Below are positions 19,412 to 28,709 of a DNA stretch of 64,000 bases, piece after piece. The translations under genes were made by a program, and so were the position numbers. Below the pieces are notes generated by a model that did no database searches, was not told the DNA's origin, and worked only from the letters and a program-made list of their open reading frames with translations. Source of the DNA: a virus; the IMG/VR virus record IMGVR_UViG_3300049491_000383, positions 32,001-96,000 of that record; one strand, written 5' to 3'. Positions within the stretch are counted from its first letter, which is position 1; every line of letters begins with the position of its first letter.

Positions 19412-20905
19412 TTAGTAGAAGTTCCTCATATATTTATCAAAGTGAGCTTCGAGGTCTACTGATTCTTTGATATCCTGTTTAGGTGTATCAACCTTCTCAG
19501 CTACCTTAATGTTTTCAAGAACCTGCGTAAGTACCGCCTTCTCGAAATCATTAACTTGACCTTCCTTGCATAACTTTGAGCCGATTTTATTAACGAACCC
19601 AGCAAGTTCATCATTTTCAACGATCCTCAATGCCAATTCGTTAAGTTTAAATCCTAGGCGAGCATTCTCACTTGCAAATTCAAACATCGGAGTAGTATTT
19701 ATTGCTTCACGGCGAACCACGACCACATTTGCGGCAGCTTCTTCGATGCGCTTGTGGAAAGTATCCTTCTCTTGAACAAGCTGTTTGATGATTGGCAACA
19801 CGCCTTCAAACTTCTCGTCAAAGCGACGAATGGTGAATAGGTCTTTAAGTTGTGATGTATCATCCTCTGCAAGTGCTTCACGTTCAAATGTTTCTAAACG
19901 TGCCTTAACAGTTTCATATGTCTTCACGCCAGTAAGCTTCTTTAGCTCGGTGCGGATTGTCTCAATGTTTTCCTTAACAGTCTCAACGATACCAGAACTG
20001 TCTTCGTTGATTAACTTGTTGGTAGTAACATAACGATTAAAGGATTGAAGCTTCAGTAGGTTGTCTGTACTTTCAATAATGTAAGCGCCTACTTTGTCAG
20101 CCATTACTCCGCCGTGTGCCAAGTGTTGAGCCATAGCTCTTGCGCCAGGTAGATATGTATTTGGGAAACGGAAACGCTCACCATTGCATTCTAGGAAAAT
20201 AGCACCGATGTGGCGTGTTCTTGCTCCACGGACGTTCTCGTCAACTGGTGTCTTGTGCTTCACCAAAATACGGACATTTTCCAATGTTTGTTGCGATGTC
20301 TTCAACGAGCCAAACATCTTGCTAAAGCTTTCCATAATGGCCTCATCTACTGCGATTGAATATTCCATGTGTCCATTCTTGCCAGGAGTTGCAGCTAACT
20401 TTCCATCTGTAACAAGTTTATTCAATACGCGACGTGCTTGATCTAAATCATGCATACCAGTATTGCTACATAGGTCAGCCTCAGAGATTTTTCCACCCCA
20501 TCTCTTTACTGTCTTCATAATTTCACCTACGAGGTGATGGCTGTGTGGATTGATTTCTTCGTTCATTGCTGCACCCTTCATCTTTGCTTGATATGCGTAA
20601 TCTTTAGGTTGAATTGATTTACCAAAAATCTTGATCTTTGAATTCATCATAAATTGATCGGACAGTTTACGAATATTCTTTTGTAGTCCAAGAACAGATT
20701 CATCTACGTCCTTACCTTTGCTGAATTCGACTGTGTTGTTATCTTCATCAATGGTGACCATGATGTTTGGACTAACAACAAAGAAACGACGACCGGCTGT
20801 TGGATCGGTAGTTTCTGCACCAGCTTCGTCGAAGATTTTGACCTGTAGGCCGTTACCCTTTAACAGAGAGAACACTTTTTCCGACAGATCGCTCATTTCA
20901 ACCAT
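19412..20905 (-). CDS. Conserved hypothetical (probable head) protein
   Basis: 497 aa, late promoter at 20927-20934, GERFRFP..GARAMAQH motif. Confidence 0.65.
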   Translation of the reverse strand: MVEMSDLSEKVFSLLKGNGLQVKIFDEAGAETTDPTAGRRFFVVSPNIMVTIDEDNNTVEFSKGKDVDESVLGLQKNIRKLSDQFMMNSKIKIFGKSIQPKDYAYQAKMKGAAMNEEINPHSHHLVGEIMKTVKRWGGKISEADLCSNTGMHDLDQARRVLNKLVTDGKLAATPGKNGHMEYSIAVDEAIMESFSKMFGSLKTSQQTLENVRILVKHKTPVDENVRGARTRHIGAIFLECNGERFRFPNTYLPGARAMAQHLAHGGVMADKVGAYIIESTDNLLKLQSFNRYVTTNKLINEDSSGIVETVKENIETIRTELKKLTGVKTYETVKARLETFEREALAEDDTSQLKDLFTIRRFDEKFEGVLPIIKQLVQEKDTFHKRIEEAAANVVVVRREAINTTPMFEFASENARLGFKLNELALRIVENDELAGFVNKIGSKLCKEGQVNDFEKAVLTQVLENIKVAEKVDTPKQDIKESVDLEAHFDKYMRNFY

Positions 20906-20938
20906 GGTAAAAATCCTTATTCTGCTTATTTATCTGAA

Positions 20939-22513
20939 TTAGATAAAAATTGGCATTGGCGCATCGAAGCTCGAACTGACACCATCAGAGACGTCACTGT
21001 TAATGGCTTCCTGGGATTTATCATCCCATGTAGAAATGTAATCAGTCATTCTTACTGCTAAAATCATTGCCATAATCAAGTCATCGGTCTGTCCAATACG
21101 TGCCTCAAATGTATTACCACGTGAAACAAATACCTTCAGTTCAGACAGCAAGCCCTTTGAATTTATCTTCATCTTGCCAGATTCGATCAAGAATTTCAAT
21201 TTAGCACAAGCTTCAAGTTTAGATTTGTTGGTTGTAACAAAACCAGCACGGCGGCCTGTACGACCTTGCAGCCTATTCTTAGGATCGTGCAACATTGTAC
21301 CTGGAAAGTTTTCTTCACCAGTATCACGAATGACAACAAGTGCGGCTTCGCCAAGCGAATTACTTTCAACAGACCAATAAATGTCTCTTGCACCCAGTGA
21401 ATAAATTTCTTCGAGGATCTTCTTCATTGTACGAACCTGTTCTTCAACTGGTGCTTTGTTGTTACTCCATTCTCCAACCTGTACGAGTGTAGGCAATTCT
21501 AGAATTTGAATTGCTGCATTGTCACCACCTGTTCCCATTGAAGGATCAAGCGAGACAACATATGTAAGTTCTGGACGGATGTCGCCAAACCAACGTACTT
21601 GTCCAGTCTTTCTAATCGGAGTCTTAGCTTCAAGTTGTGCAAGCTTAACTGGATTGATAAGTGTTTCTTCGAATGTAATGAACTGACAGTTGTGTTCACG
21701 TAGGAATCTGTCCTCACCTAGAGCAGCCAATTCAGCATCGGCCCAGGTTTGGTCACGGTCTGGGTGACGGTCCCATGTTGCCATGTATGGACGGAATCCA
21801 TTTACACCAACAGTAGTTTCGTTACCGTTGGCATCAACCATCTTGTTTGCTCCCCACCAAATATCAGCAAATTGATCTTCATCGGTGTTTGGAGTAGAGG
21901 TAATAATACACTTACCACCTGTGGACAAAGTTGGTGATAGTGATGTCCAGAATTCCTTAGCAATGTTTGGTTCTACGAATGCAAATTCGTCCAGGTAAAC
22001 TAAGGACAATGACATTCCACGTCCCGTGTTTTCAGTTGTGGTTGTTGCAATAATACGTGAGCCATTATCGAAGTCTACGGAACGTTTGTTGTAGGACTTT
22101 GCACCTGCACGGATATGGTCTGGCACAGATTCGTAAGCATATCGAACTCTGTGCATAATTTCTTGCGCGCCATCGTATTTGTTAGATGCAATAAGGATTG
22201 TAGAATCTTCGTTGAACATAGCATACCATAGAAGGTAGCCCGCGGCGACAGTAGTCTTACCCATCTGTCGGCTGACCATGTTTACGGAGCGGCGCGAATT
22301 GTGGTAATTGTTAATTAAGTCATATTGGAAATCAAACAGATCGAGTTTCTGCCTACCTTTTGTGGTATGCTGAATATACATATAGTTCTGAATGAAGTAT
22401 GTAGGCCCAGTTACAGGGTCCATACATGCCTTTAATTCGTCAATCTGTTCTTTAGTGTACGATACCTTCTGGTATGCACGCTTGACAAGTTTGTCGTCTT
22501 GGTAAATCGCCAT
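20939..22513 (-). CDS. 17: Terminase large subunit (gp17-like)
   Basis: SRQMGKTT, LDEFAFV, ITSTPN, DPSMGTGGD, DDLIMA. Confidence 0.95.
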   Translation of the reverse strand: MAIYQDDKLVKRAYQKVSYTKEQIDELKACMDPVTGPTYFIQNYMYIQHTTKGRQKLDLFDFQYDLINNYHNSRRSVNMVSRQMGKTTVAAGYLLWYAMFNEDSTILIASNKYDGAQEIMHRVRYAYESVPDHIRAGAKSYNKRSVDFDNGSRIIATTTTENTGRGMSLSLVYLDEFAFVEPNIAKEFWTSLSPTLSTGGKCIITSTPNTDEDQFADIWWGANKMVDANGNETTVGVNGFRPYMATWDRHPDRDQTWADAELAALGEDRFLREHNCQFITFEETLINPVKLAQLEAKTPIRKTGQVRWFGDIRPELTYVVSLDPSMGTGGDNAAIQILELPTLVQVGEWSNNKAPVEEQVRTMKKILEEIYSLGARDIYWSVESNSLGEAALVVIRDTGEENFPGTMLHDPKNRLQGRTGRRAGFVTTNKSKLEACAKLKFLIESGKMKINSKGLLSELKVFVSRGNTFEARIGQTDDLIMAMILAVRMTDYISTWDDKSQEAINSDVSDGVSSSFDAPMPIFI

Positions 22514-22516
22514 AAA

Positions 22517-23030
22517 TCAATAATCCCTATCATCATAATCGGGCTCATAATCGTCGCCCGGATCATACTCAGGCGGATCTAGCTTATCTAATTGAGCCTG
22601 AAATGCTCCCAACATACCTTGCGAATATATTGCCGGATTTAACAACTGCTTTAACGTAGCAGGATGAATGTATTTATTAACTGAATGGAATGGAACTTCT
22701 TCATCTTGGATTAAAAACATAGAATCTGTTGAAAAGGCTACCGATTCTACAAGCACATCGGTTCCCGAAGCATATAATGAGCTAGAATATGTGGGACTAT
22801 CAGTTCCATGATTCCAACCTGTTGGATGTTCGTCTGATTCCCATTCGTAGTCAATCTTAGCAGTAATGTCAACATCAAAGCCCACATCAAGGACTTCGCC
22901 GCTGAGACCCATGGCTTTTCCGGCCATGTTTAAACCACCTTCATAGGTGATTGTACTTCCATCGGAATCAAAGTCTCCGTTATAGTCCTGTATGGACACA
23001 TCGGAGACTTGTACCGCTTCAGTTAACTTT
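22517..23030 (-). CDS. Acidic hypothetical ORF, possibly a frameshift extension of 23019..23918
   Basis: Protein-like sequence begins at KKKLTEAVQ at the A10 run; no clear own RBS or start. Confidence 0.5.
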
Positions 23031-23918
23031 TTTTTTTGGTTTTGCGGTTTCACCCAAGAAAGAACGATAGCTGTAAACAAGTTCCTTGTGAACTTCAGCA
23101 ATCTGCATCTTCTTCTGTTCTGGATTGTCACCCTGACGTGCGCCCGACGGACCTGTAGCACGAACTACTGGACTATCTGCACCATTTGGAAAGTAATCGT
23201 TGCCAGATGCATCGTTTACTTCATCGTAACCGTTTTGTAAGTCGAATGCTTCTTCAAATTCCATATCGCCAGCGCCGCCGTAGTCTTCATCACTACCGTG
23301 TCCTGCGCTTGCTAGAGCATCCGCATCAGCACTCATATCGTCGGGACCATTCATTTCTGGATCGTCACCATAGCTCATTAGACCTTCTTGTTCCAATGCT
23401 TGCTCAAATTCTGCAAGTGAATCTGGATCTAGATTAGCAGAAATTCTATCAAATGCATCTTCTGGTTCCATAAAATGGTTCATAACCATATTTTGAAAAT
23501 CTGACATAGCTTGTGCAACTACATCACTACGTTCTCCCATGCCTTCCATAGCGCATGCAGCATCCGCATCCATTGGGTTCCCTTGATTGCATGAATCAAT
23601 TGCCGGAACTGACTCTGTAGCCATTCCTTGTGATTGGTCAAAGGATGCGTAATCTTGATTACGACCTACAGTGCCTGCAGTTTGCATATCAGATTCAGTG
23701 TCTTCCTTCATAGCATTGCTTAATTGCTTTGTACCGGTGTCGGCCTTGTTGAATTCCTTGGCAACATCCTGGTTCATTCCGGTCTTCTTAGCGAAGTCTG
23801 GATTGTGTGCCGCTGCGGCCATAAAACGAGCCTGCTTTTCCGATGTTGATTTTTCATTCAATCCAGGAACAGCCATAATGCCTTCCATAAGGTTGATCAT
23901 TTCTCTCATGTTCTTCAT
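23019..23918 (-). CDS. Acidic hypothetical protein (possible prohead core/internal protein)
   Basis: 299 aa, very D/E-rich, many x-x-E motifs. Confidence 0.7.
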   Translation of the reverse strand: MKNMREMINLMEGIMAVPGLNEKSTSEKQARFMAAAAHNPDFAKKTGMNQDVAKEFNKADTGTKQLSNAMKEDTESDMQTAGTVGRNQDYASFDQSQGMATESVPAIDSCNQGNPMDADAACAMEGMGERSDVVAQAMSDFQNMVMNHFMEPEDAFDRISANLDPDSLAEFEQALEQEGLMSYGDDPEMNGPDDMSADADALASAGHGSDEDYGGAGDMEFEEAFDLQNGYDEVNDASGNDYFPNGADSPVVRATGPSGARQGDNPEQKKMQIAEVHKELVYSYRSFLGETAKPKKKVN

Positions 23919-24589
23919 AGCATACCTACCTTCAATAAGTTAGGTTTCTTGATTCTACCAAAGAGACCTACATCATCCTTCTTTAGATTTTTAGGATCAT
24001 TAAAACCATCGTAGCCCTTAGGCAGTGTGGAGTGGTCGGTCTTAGCAGCAGGGCTTAGTGGGTTTTCGACAGTAACAACTTCGCGGTTCTTACGGACTTG
24101 TTCTAGCTCCTTAAGGAAACTTGTGTTGTACTTTTCACCATACTTCTCTGCTTCTGCACCTTCTACTTCCTCGTAGTCACTGCCCAGTCTTGTCTTGTAC
24201 TTTTTCTTATACTCTTCCGAGTTTCTGTCTAGGTACAAATCTGTCTCAATCTGGCGTGGATCATTTTCTGAGTATACCGCTACACATGCAGGCGAAATGC
24301 CCATGCAGTTGCAAAGATATGTTCTTAGAAAATCAAGGGAACCAGGATAACCTAGTGTTAGATCGCAAATGAATACCGCTGTATTCTTTACGTTTGGAAA
24401 GTCTAGAGGACTCTCCTGAATTGGGGTTTTTCTAAATGACGAGGCTGACTTCAAATCATACTTAGCTAGACCGGCTTCAAGTTGATCAATCATAACATCT
24501 GTCATTTCATTCACGGCGAATTTCAAGACATACTTGTATTCTGTCTTGGTTTCAGCAACGTAAGTAGCAAATGATTTCTTTTCTGTCAT
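23915..24589 (-). CDS. Conserved hypothetical virion-region protein
   Basis: Start MTEKKSFATYVAE with GGAG RBS; late promoter at 24610-24617. Confidence 0.7.
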   Translation of the reverse strand: MTEKKSFATYVAETKTEYKYVLKFAVNEMTDVMIDQLEAGLAKYDLKSASSFRKTPIQESPLDFPNVKNTAVFICDLTLGYPGSLDFLRTYLCNCMGISPACVAVYSENDPRQIETDLYLDRNSEEYKKKYKTRLGSDYEEVEGAEAEKYGEKYNTSFLKELEQVRKNREVVTVENPLSPAAKTDHSTLPKGYDGFNDPKNLKKDDVGLFGRIKKPNLLKVGML

Positions 24590-24608
24590 ATTCGACTCCA
24601 TGTTACGA

Positions 24609-25115
24609 CTATTTATCAGATGTTTGCGTTTTATTGGAGACAATGTATTTCAGGAGTTCATTTCTATCGAATTCGCCACCACCGGCGCCTTTACGCTCGC
24701 CGTTACCTTGATCTAGGTCGATTTGTTCTGCTCGAACCTTCTTCAACTGTAAATCAATCATCTTTAGTTTTCTTTCGGCTTTTGCATTCTTAGCCTCAAG
24801 TGCAGTCTTGAGCATCTGTCCGGCAACTTCGTAGATCTTGCCAGCATGCAAATCAGGAACATTTCCACCTAATACAATCAAATCTTCGAAAGTCTTTACT
24901 GCCTTCCTGGCAATATCATCCATTTCGCTATCGTGTGTATCCAGACCCACTACTGTAGGTAGCGCCATATCAACTTTTTCAGCAGTAGTCAGGGCGGAGT
25001 AAATCTCCCTGGCTTCTACCATTAGCTGTTCCTTAGATTTTTCAGGTAATTCTTCAACTACCTCTGCTTCAATAGTAGGGGGTAAATTGAAAAACTCTTC
25101 CATCTTCTTCGTCAT
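24609..25115 (-). CDS. Putative terminase small subunit (gp16-like)
   Basis: Helical, GKIYEVAGQMLKTAL resembles the gp16 core; near the large terminase. Confidence 0.55.
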   Translation of the reverse strand: MTKKMEEFFNLPPTIEAEVVEELPEKSKEQLMVEAREIYSALTTAEKVDMALPTVVGLDTHDSEMDDIARKAVKTFEDLIVLGGNVPDLHAGKIYEVAGQMLKTALEAKNAKAERKLKMIDLQLKKVRAEQIDLDQGNGERKGAGGGEFDRNELLKYIVSNKTQTSDK

Positions 25116-25552
25116 GCTTTCCCTTTCGGATTATTGAAGATATTACCTTCATTCATAACCCTAAATGTCATGCCATGATTTCGAGCAAACGCCTGTGCTG
25201 CCTGCCATTTGAAAGTATTCAATGCGACCGCTGCCTTAGCCCTGGGACTCTTTGCCTCTTCGAGGAATGTCTCTTTGGCTGGCTTTACCTCAATAATCTC
25301 TGCCTTTTGATTACCTTTAGCGTCTACATAAGTAACAACAAAGTCTGGCACATACACAGTGTATTTACCAGTAAATGGATTCTTGTATGGTATCTTCACG
25401 GGTTCGCTGGCCCAGCTTGTAATGTTGGGATTCGAATCAAACATAACCATCACCTTATGTTCCCACGATGAGCGAAACACAATAGGATAAGTCCCTACAT
25501 ATTTTTCTGGATGGGCGGGTGTATATTTGCCTTGAACGTATGATCTGCTCAT
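25112..25552 (-). CDS. 4: Head-completion nuclease (T4 gp4 / TnsA-like)
   Basis: PEKYVG, FRSSWE, WASE, YVPDF, IEVKP. Confidence 0.88.
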   Translation of the reverse strand: MSRSYVQGKYTPAHPEKYVGTYPIVFRSSWEHKVMVMFDSNPNITSWASEPVKIPYKNPFTGKYTVYVPDFVVTYVDAKGNQKAEIIEVKPAKETFLEEAKSPRAKAAVALNTFKWQAAQAFARNHGMTFRVMNEGNIFNNPKGKA

Positions 25553-25554
25553 AG

Positions 25555-26028
25555 TTAAGACCTTATTTGACGTGCTTGTAGACTGTATCTGTTACTTGCT
25601 GAAGTAACAATACCAACTTGATTTCCGGGGTCTCTTAGATTGTTAAATGCTCTATATGCATTTTCAGAGAATAGTAACTGACCTGTAATATCAGCCTTTT
25701 CTAATAGTTCTTGTGGGGAGATTCCCATCTGTGCTGCCATATCAATAGCAAGTCCGGCCATTGTATCTGCGTACAATGAACCTACACCACGCGATAGGAA
25801 GAAACACTTAGTTGAATCAAAGGTGTTTGGGGAGTAGTTACCTACTACGCCGCCGCCAAGATCAGATTGTAGCACTGATCCTGCACTCGGAAACACTGTG
25901 TTACCCGATGCATATTTGAAGGTATTTGTAGGATTACCGTTTACGAACTTAACTGTCTTCTGCGCACCTAAATAGGTAAGCATCTGCGAGCTAAAACGGC
26001 CGATTGCTGCTACGTTTGAATTAGCCAC
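25555..26028 (-). CDS. Hypothetical tail-region protein
   Basis: 157 aa, coupled to the upstream gene. Confidence 0.6.
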   Translation of the reverse strand: MANSNVAAIGRFSSQMLTYLGAQKTVKFVNGNPTNTFKYASGNTVFPSAGSVLQSDLGGGVVGNYSPNTFDSTKCFFLSRGVGSLYADTMAGLAIDMAAQMGISPQELLEKADITGQLLFSENAYRAFNNLRDPGNQVGIVTSASNRYSLQARQIRS

Positions 26029-27289
26029 CTGGATTACCTCCGGTGCGGTTTACATCTCTATATGCTGTCGAATCCCTTGTTGCAGAAGATCCAAAGGGTC
26101 TAGTAGAAATTTTAGGTGCCGATGCCGGATGGTAAGGTGTTGGGGAAATATTTGCCAACCCATCTAATGCACTTGCGCTCACCCTGCGTACAATTTTGTC
26201 AGAGGCAAATGCTCCTGTAACTGCACCGAGACTTGATTGAACGTTTTTACCAATTCTTTGTAGGATTGGATTATCAGAATTTAGTAGAGGGTTGTTTGAC
26301 TCGATGAAATCTAGCAACCTTGCATTAAATGCTAATGCAGGTAGTTCAAGAAATTCACCGTGTTCAAATTGATCAATTGTTGAATTGTTATTTGTCTCAC
26401 CACCACCTAGCTTCAAGTTTTGAATTGTGTAATATGCATACTCATATTCAAACGTGAAAGTTAGCTCAAGTGTCTTACCGCTTTCTGCGTAGCTCAGTAC
26501 ATCGTGTGTAAATGCAGAAACTCGCGGGTTGACAAGTGTAACCTGGTTAAATCGTCCACCGTGTACCTGATAGATATCAATTTCTTGAATCAAGTTTCTA
26601 ACGTTCTGTACTGTAGGTAGGTTAAAACCAAAATAATGATTATTTAACGTATCAGCTACAATGTTTTGAGTGTCGCTTTTGCTTCCCAACTGATTTGTTG
26701 CACCCGGTTTACCCGAAAAAGGATTTCCCGAGATGATTTTCTTGATGCTTGCCGGTAGTCCTAAGATGTTAGGATTGAACGATGGAGTAATATTCTTTAA
26801 GAATTGCTCTGTTGTCATTGGACCAGACAGACCCATTGGTTTCTTAGCTTCGTTCTTTCCCGGTTCTGTACCGTCACCAAAATAGTACCTATAGTACATT
26901 TCCCAAAATTTCAATGTCTTGCCATCGGCAACGTCGTGGAAAACTACCTTAACTGGTTCAAATCCGATTTTAGTTTGGCTAAGACGCTTTCGATTATATT
27001 GATTGAGCGGAGTTGTCTCAATCTTGAAAGATGGCATTTCGATGGTCTTGACTAAAGGTTGAACTTGAGCCCAGGAAGGATTGTTGAAAAACTGTGAAAT
27101 AAACGAACTAGCCGTTCCTACATTGTTGAGCTTAATATCCATGTAGTATTCAAACGGAAAACGCGGCTGATTCCTGTATAAGGATTGCGCGTCTTGGTTG
27201 AAGTTATAGGTAGCGTGGCGAGAGTTCTTTTCATAAAAGAACCCTGCCCCTGTCAACGATGTAAAAAGACTTGAAAAGCTAGGCATCAA
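26021..27289 (-). CDS. Tail-tube-like baseplate protein (gp48/gp54-like)
   Basis: VKTIEMPSF..NQYNRKR..FEPVKVVFHD, LTFTFEYE tube fold; next to the tube gene. Confidence 0.65.
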   Translation of the reverse strand: MMPSFSSLFTSLTGAGFFYEKNSRHATYNFNQDAQSLYRNQPRFPFEYYMDIKLNNVGTASSFISQFFNNPSWAQVQPLVKTIEMPSFKIETTPLNQYNRKRLSQTKIGFEPVKVVFHDVADGKTLKFWEMYYRYYFGDGTEPGKNEAKKPMGLSGPMTTEQFLKNITPSFNPNILGLPASIKKIISGNPFSGKPGATNQLGSKSDTQNIVADTLNNHYFGFNLPTVQNVRNLIQEIDIYQVHGGRFNQVTLVNPRVSAFTHDVLSYAESGKTLELTFTFEYEYAYYTIQNLKLGGGETNNNSTIDQFEHGEFLELPALAFNARLLDFIESNNPLLNSDNPILQRIGKNVQSSLGAVTGAFASDKIVRRVSASALDGLANISPTPYHPASAPKISTRPFGSSATRDSTAYRDVNRTGGNPGG

Positions 27290-27309
27290 CCGCCTCCAAA
27301 AATTTCGGA

Positions 27310-27924
27310 TTAACCGAAAGTTGTACCACCAGTTGGGCTGGCGATATTTGGATATGGATCTCCACCGACTGTTGTACCTTGGTTGGTGTTTGGACCAGAA
27401 ACGTTTGTTGCGTTATCAAATCTAATTGTTAGAGTGACGATATTTGGGTCACCCGAAGCGTAATCACTGTCACCGGAGGCATATGCCTGAATCCAGCAAC
27501 CGTCTAGAACCCATGACTCAAGCTGTTCATTGTCAGTCCCGTCCATGGAATGGATTTCCATAGCGAACTTGTAATTGATACCAGCTACAGCACTTGTCTG
27601 TTCGAAATGGTTCATTTGCTTCTGAACCTGTGCACCAACAGATGAAATAACCGCATTGGTAATATCATCACGTAGTGTAATTTCGATTGTGTCATAGGTG
27701 TGCTTGCCCTGAATCCATGCAACCGAGTTGTATGAATCTAATTGGACTTCATTGTAGGTAATCTTTGGGCGTGTGCATGTAACCACGTTAGCAGTCATTT
27801 CTCGTAAGCCGTTATTCTCACCGAAGTTTTGCCATACGACTCTGAAACGATACTTTTGCTTCGGCTGTAGGATACCTAGCTTGTTTCCATCTAATGGAAT
27901 ACCGAACTTAGCTAAATTTGCCAT
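27310..27924 (-). CDS. 19: Tail tube protein (gp19-like)
   Basis: QPKQKYRFRV, GKHTYDTIEITLRDD, WVLDGCW, LTIRFDNA. Confidence 0.85.
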   Translation of the reverse strand: MANLAKFGIPLDGNKLGILQPKQKYRFRVVWQNFGENNGLREMTANVVTCTRPKITYNEVQLDSYNSVAWIQGKHTYDTIEITLRDDITNAVISSVGAQVQKQMNHFEQTSAVAGINYKFAMEIHSMDGTDNEQLESWVLDGCWIQAYASGDSDYASGDPNIVTLTIRFDNATNVSGPNTNQGTTVGGDPYPNIASPTGGTTFG

Positions 27925-27958
27925 CTTTTTCTCCTGCTATAAAAGCTAATACTATTTA

Positions 27959-28648
27959 TCAAATCACAGAAATATTTTTACCAGGGGTCACTCCTGCGAA
28001 CTCAGTAATGACATATGATTCACCAACATCTTGGTAACATTCGTAAGGCAGAACACCTATTCCGCGATCTCCCCAGGTTAAACCCAGAGAATTTCCAACA
28101 ATCCATGAACCACCTAGTAGTTCATCATCATACCCTATAACTGTAACAGCATGGCCTTTATGTTTTCTATTATCTGTTGTATTTATACTTTTATATACTT
28201 GGTTTGAAATTGGACCCTTCAATTTCCAAAACATTCGACCTGTGTAAAGTCCCAATATAATTGGTGTTTCATTATGCAGGTAATCTTTGAATAAATCTTT
28301 TCCTGCCCAGTTATATGAACCAACTTTGTACTGGGCCGCATCTGCGAATGCCGTTGCATTAGGCTCTGTATTTGTGCGATTAAAGTGGAAGGGCCAGGTC
28401 CGGTCAGTCGCTACGCCATACAGGGACATCGAGTCCAATGCATCACGTAATTCGGCGCCATTATGGCCAATGCGATCTCTTATCTTGCGGGCCTGGTAAT
28501 AGACAAAGAGTCGAGAGAGCCTTTCCTTTTTACCTGCTGTAGCTAATATCATTTCGGCTGCCAATAAACTTGCTGATGCGGTACAGCATCCAATGTTGTG
28601 CTGGGATGGGAGGTGCGAAATGTATTTCTGTAGACTAAAAGACGACAT
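27959..28648 (-). CDS. Papain-like (C1) cysteine peptidase
   Basis: Q-x4-CC-TA catalytic Cys, SRLFVYY, GHAVTVIGYDD, NSLG..WGDRG. Confidence 0.85.
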   Translation of the reverse strand: MSSFSLQKYISHLPSQHNIGCCTASASLLAAEMILATAGKKERLSRLFVYYQARKIRDRIGHNGAELRDALDSMSLYGVATDRTWPFHFNRTNTEPNATAFADAAQYKVGSYNWAGKDLFKDYLHNETPIILGLYTGRMFWKLKGPISNQVYKSINTTDNRKHKGHAVTVIGYDDELLGGSWIVGNSLGLTWGDRGIGVLPYECYQDVGESYVITEFAGVTPGKNISVI

Positions 28649-28663
28649 CCGATATTTATCGTC

Positions 28664-28694
28664 AAAAAAATACCCGGAGAGCTTCCGGGTATTT
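28664..28694. terminator. Rho-independent terminator after the sheath gene
   Basis: AATACCCGGA/TCCGGGTATT inverted repeat with T-run on the minus strand. Confidence 0.75.
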
Positions 28695-28709
28695 CTATAT
28701 CAGGTTCTA

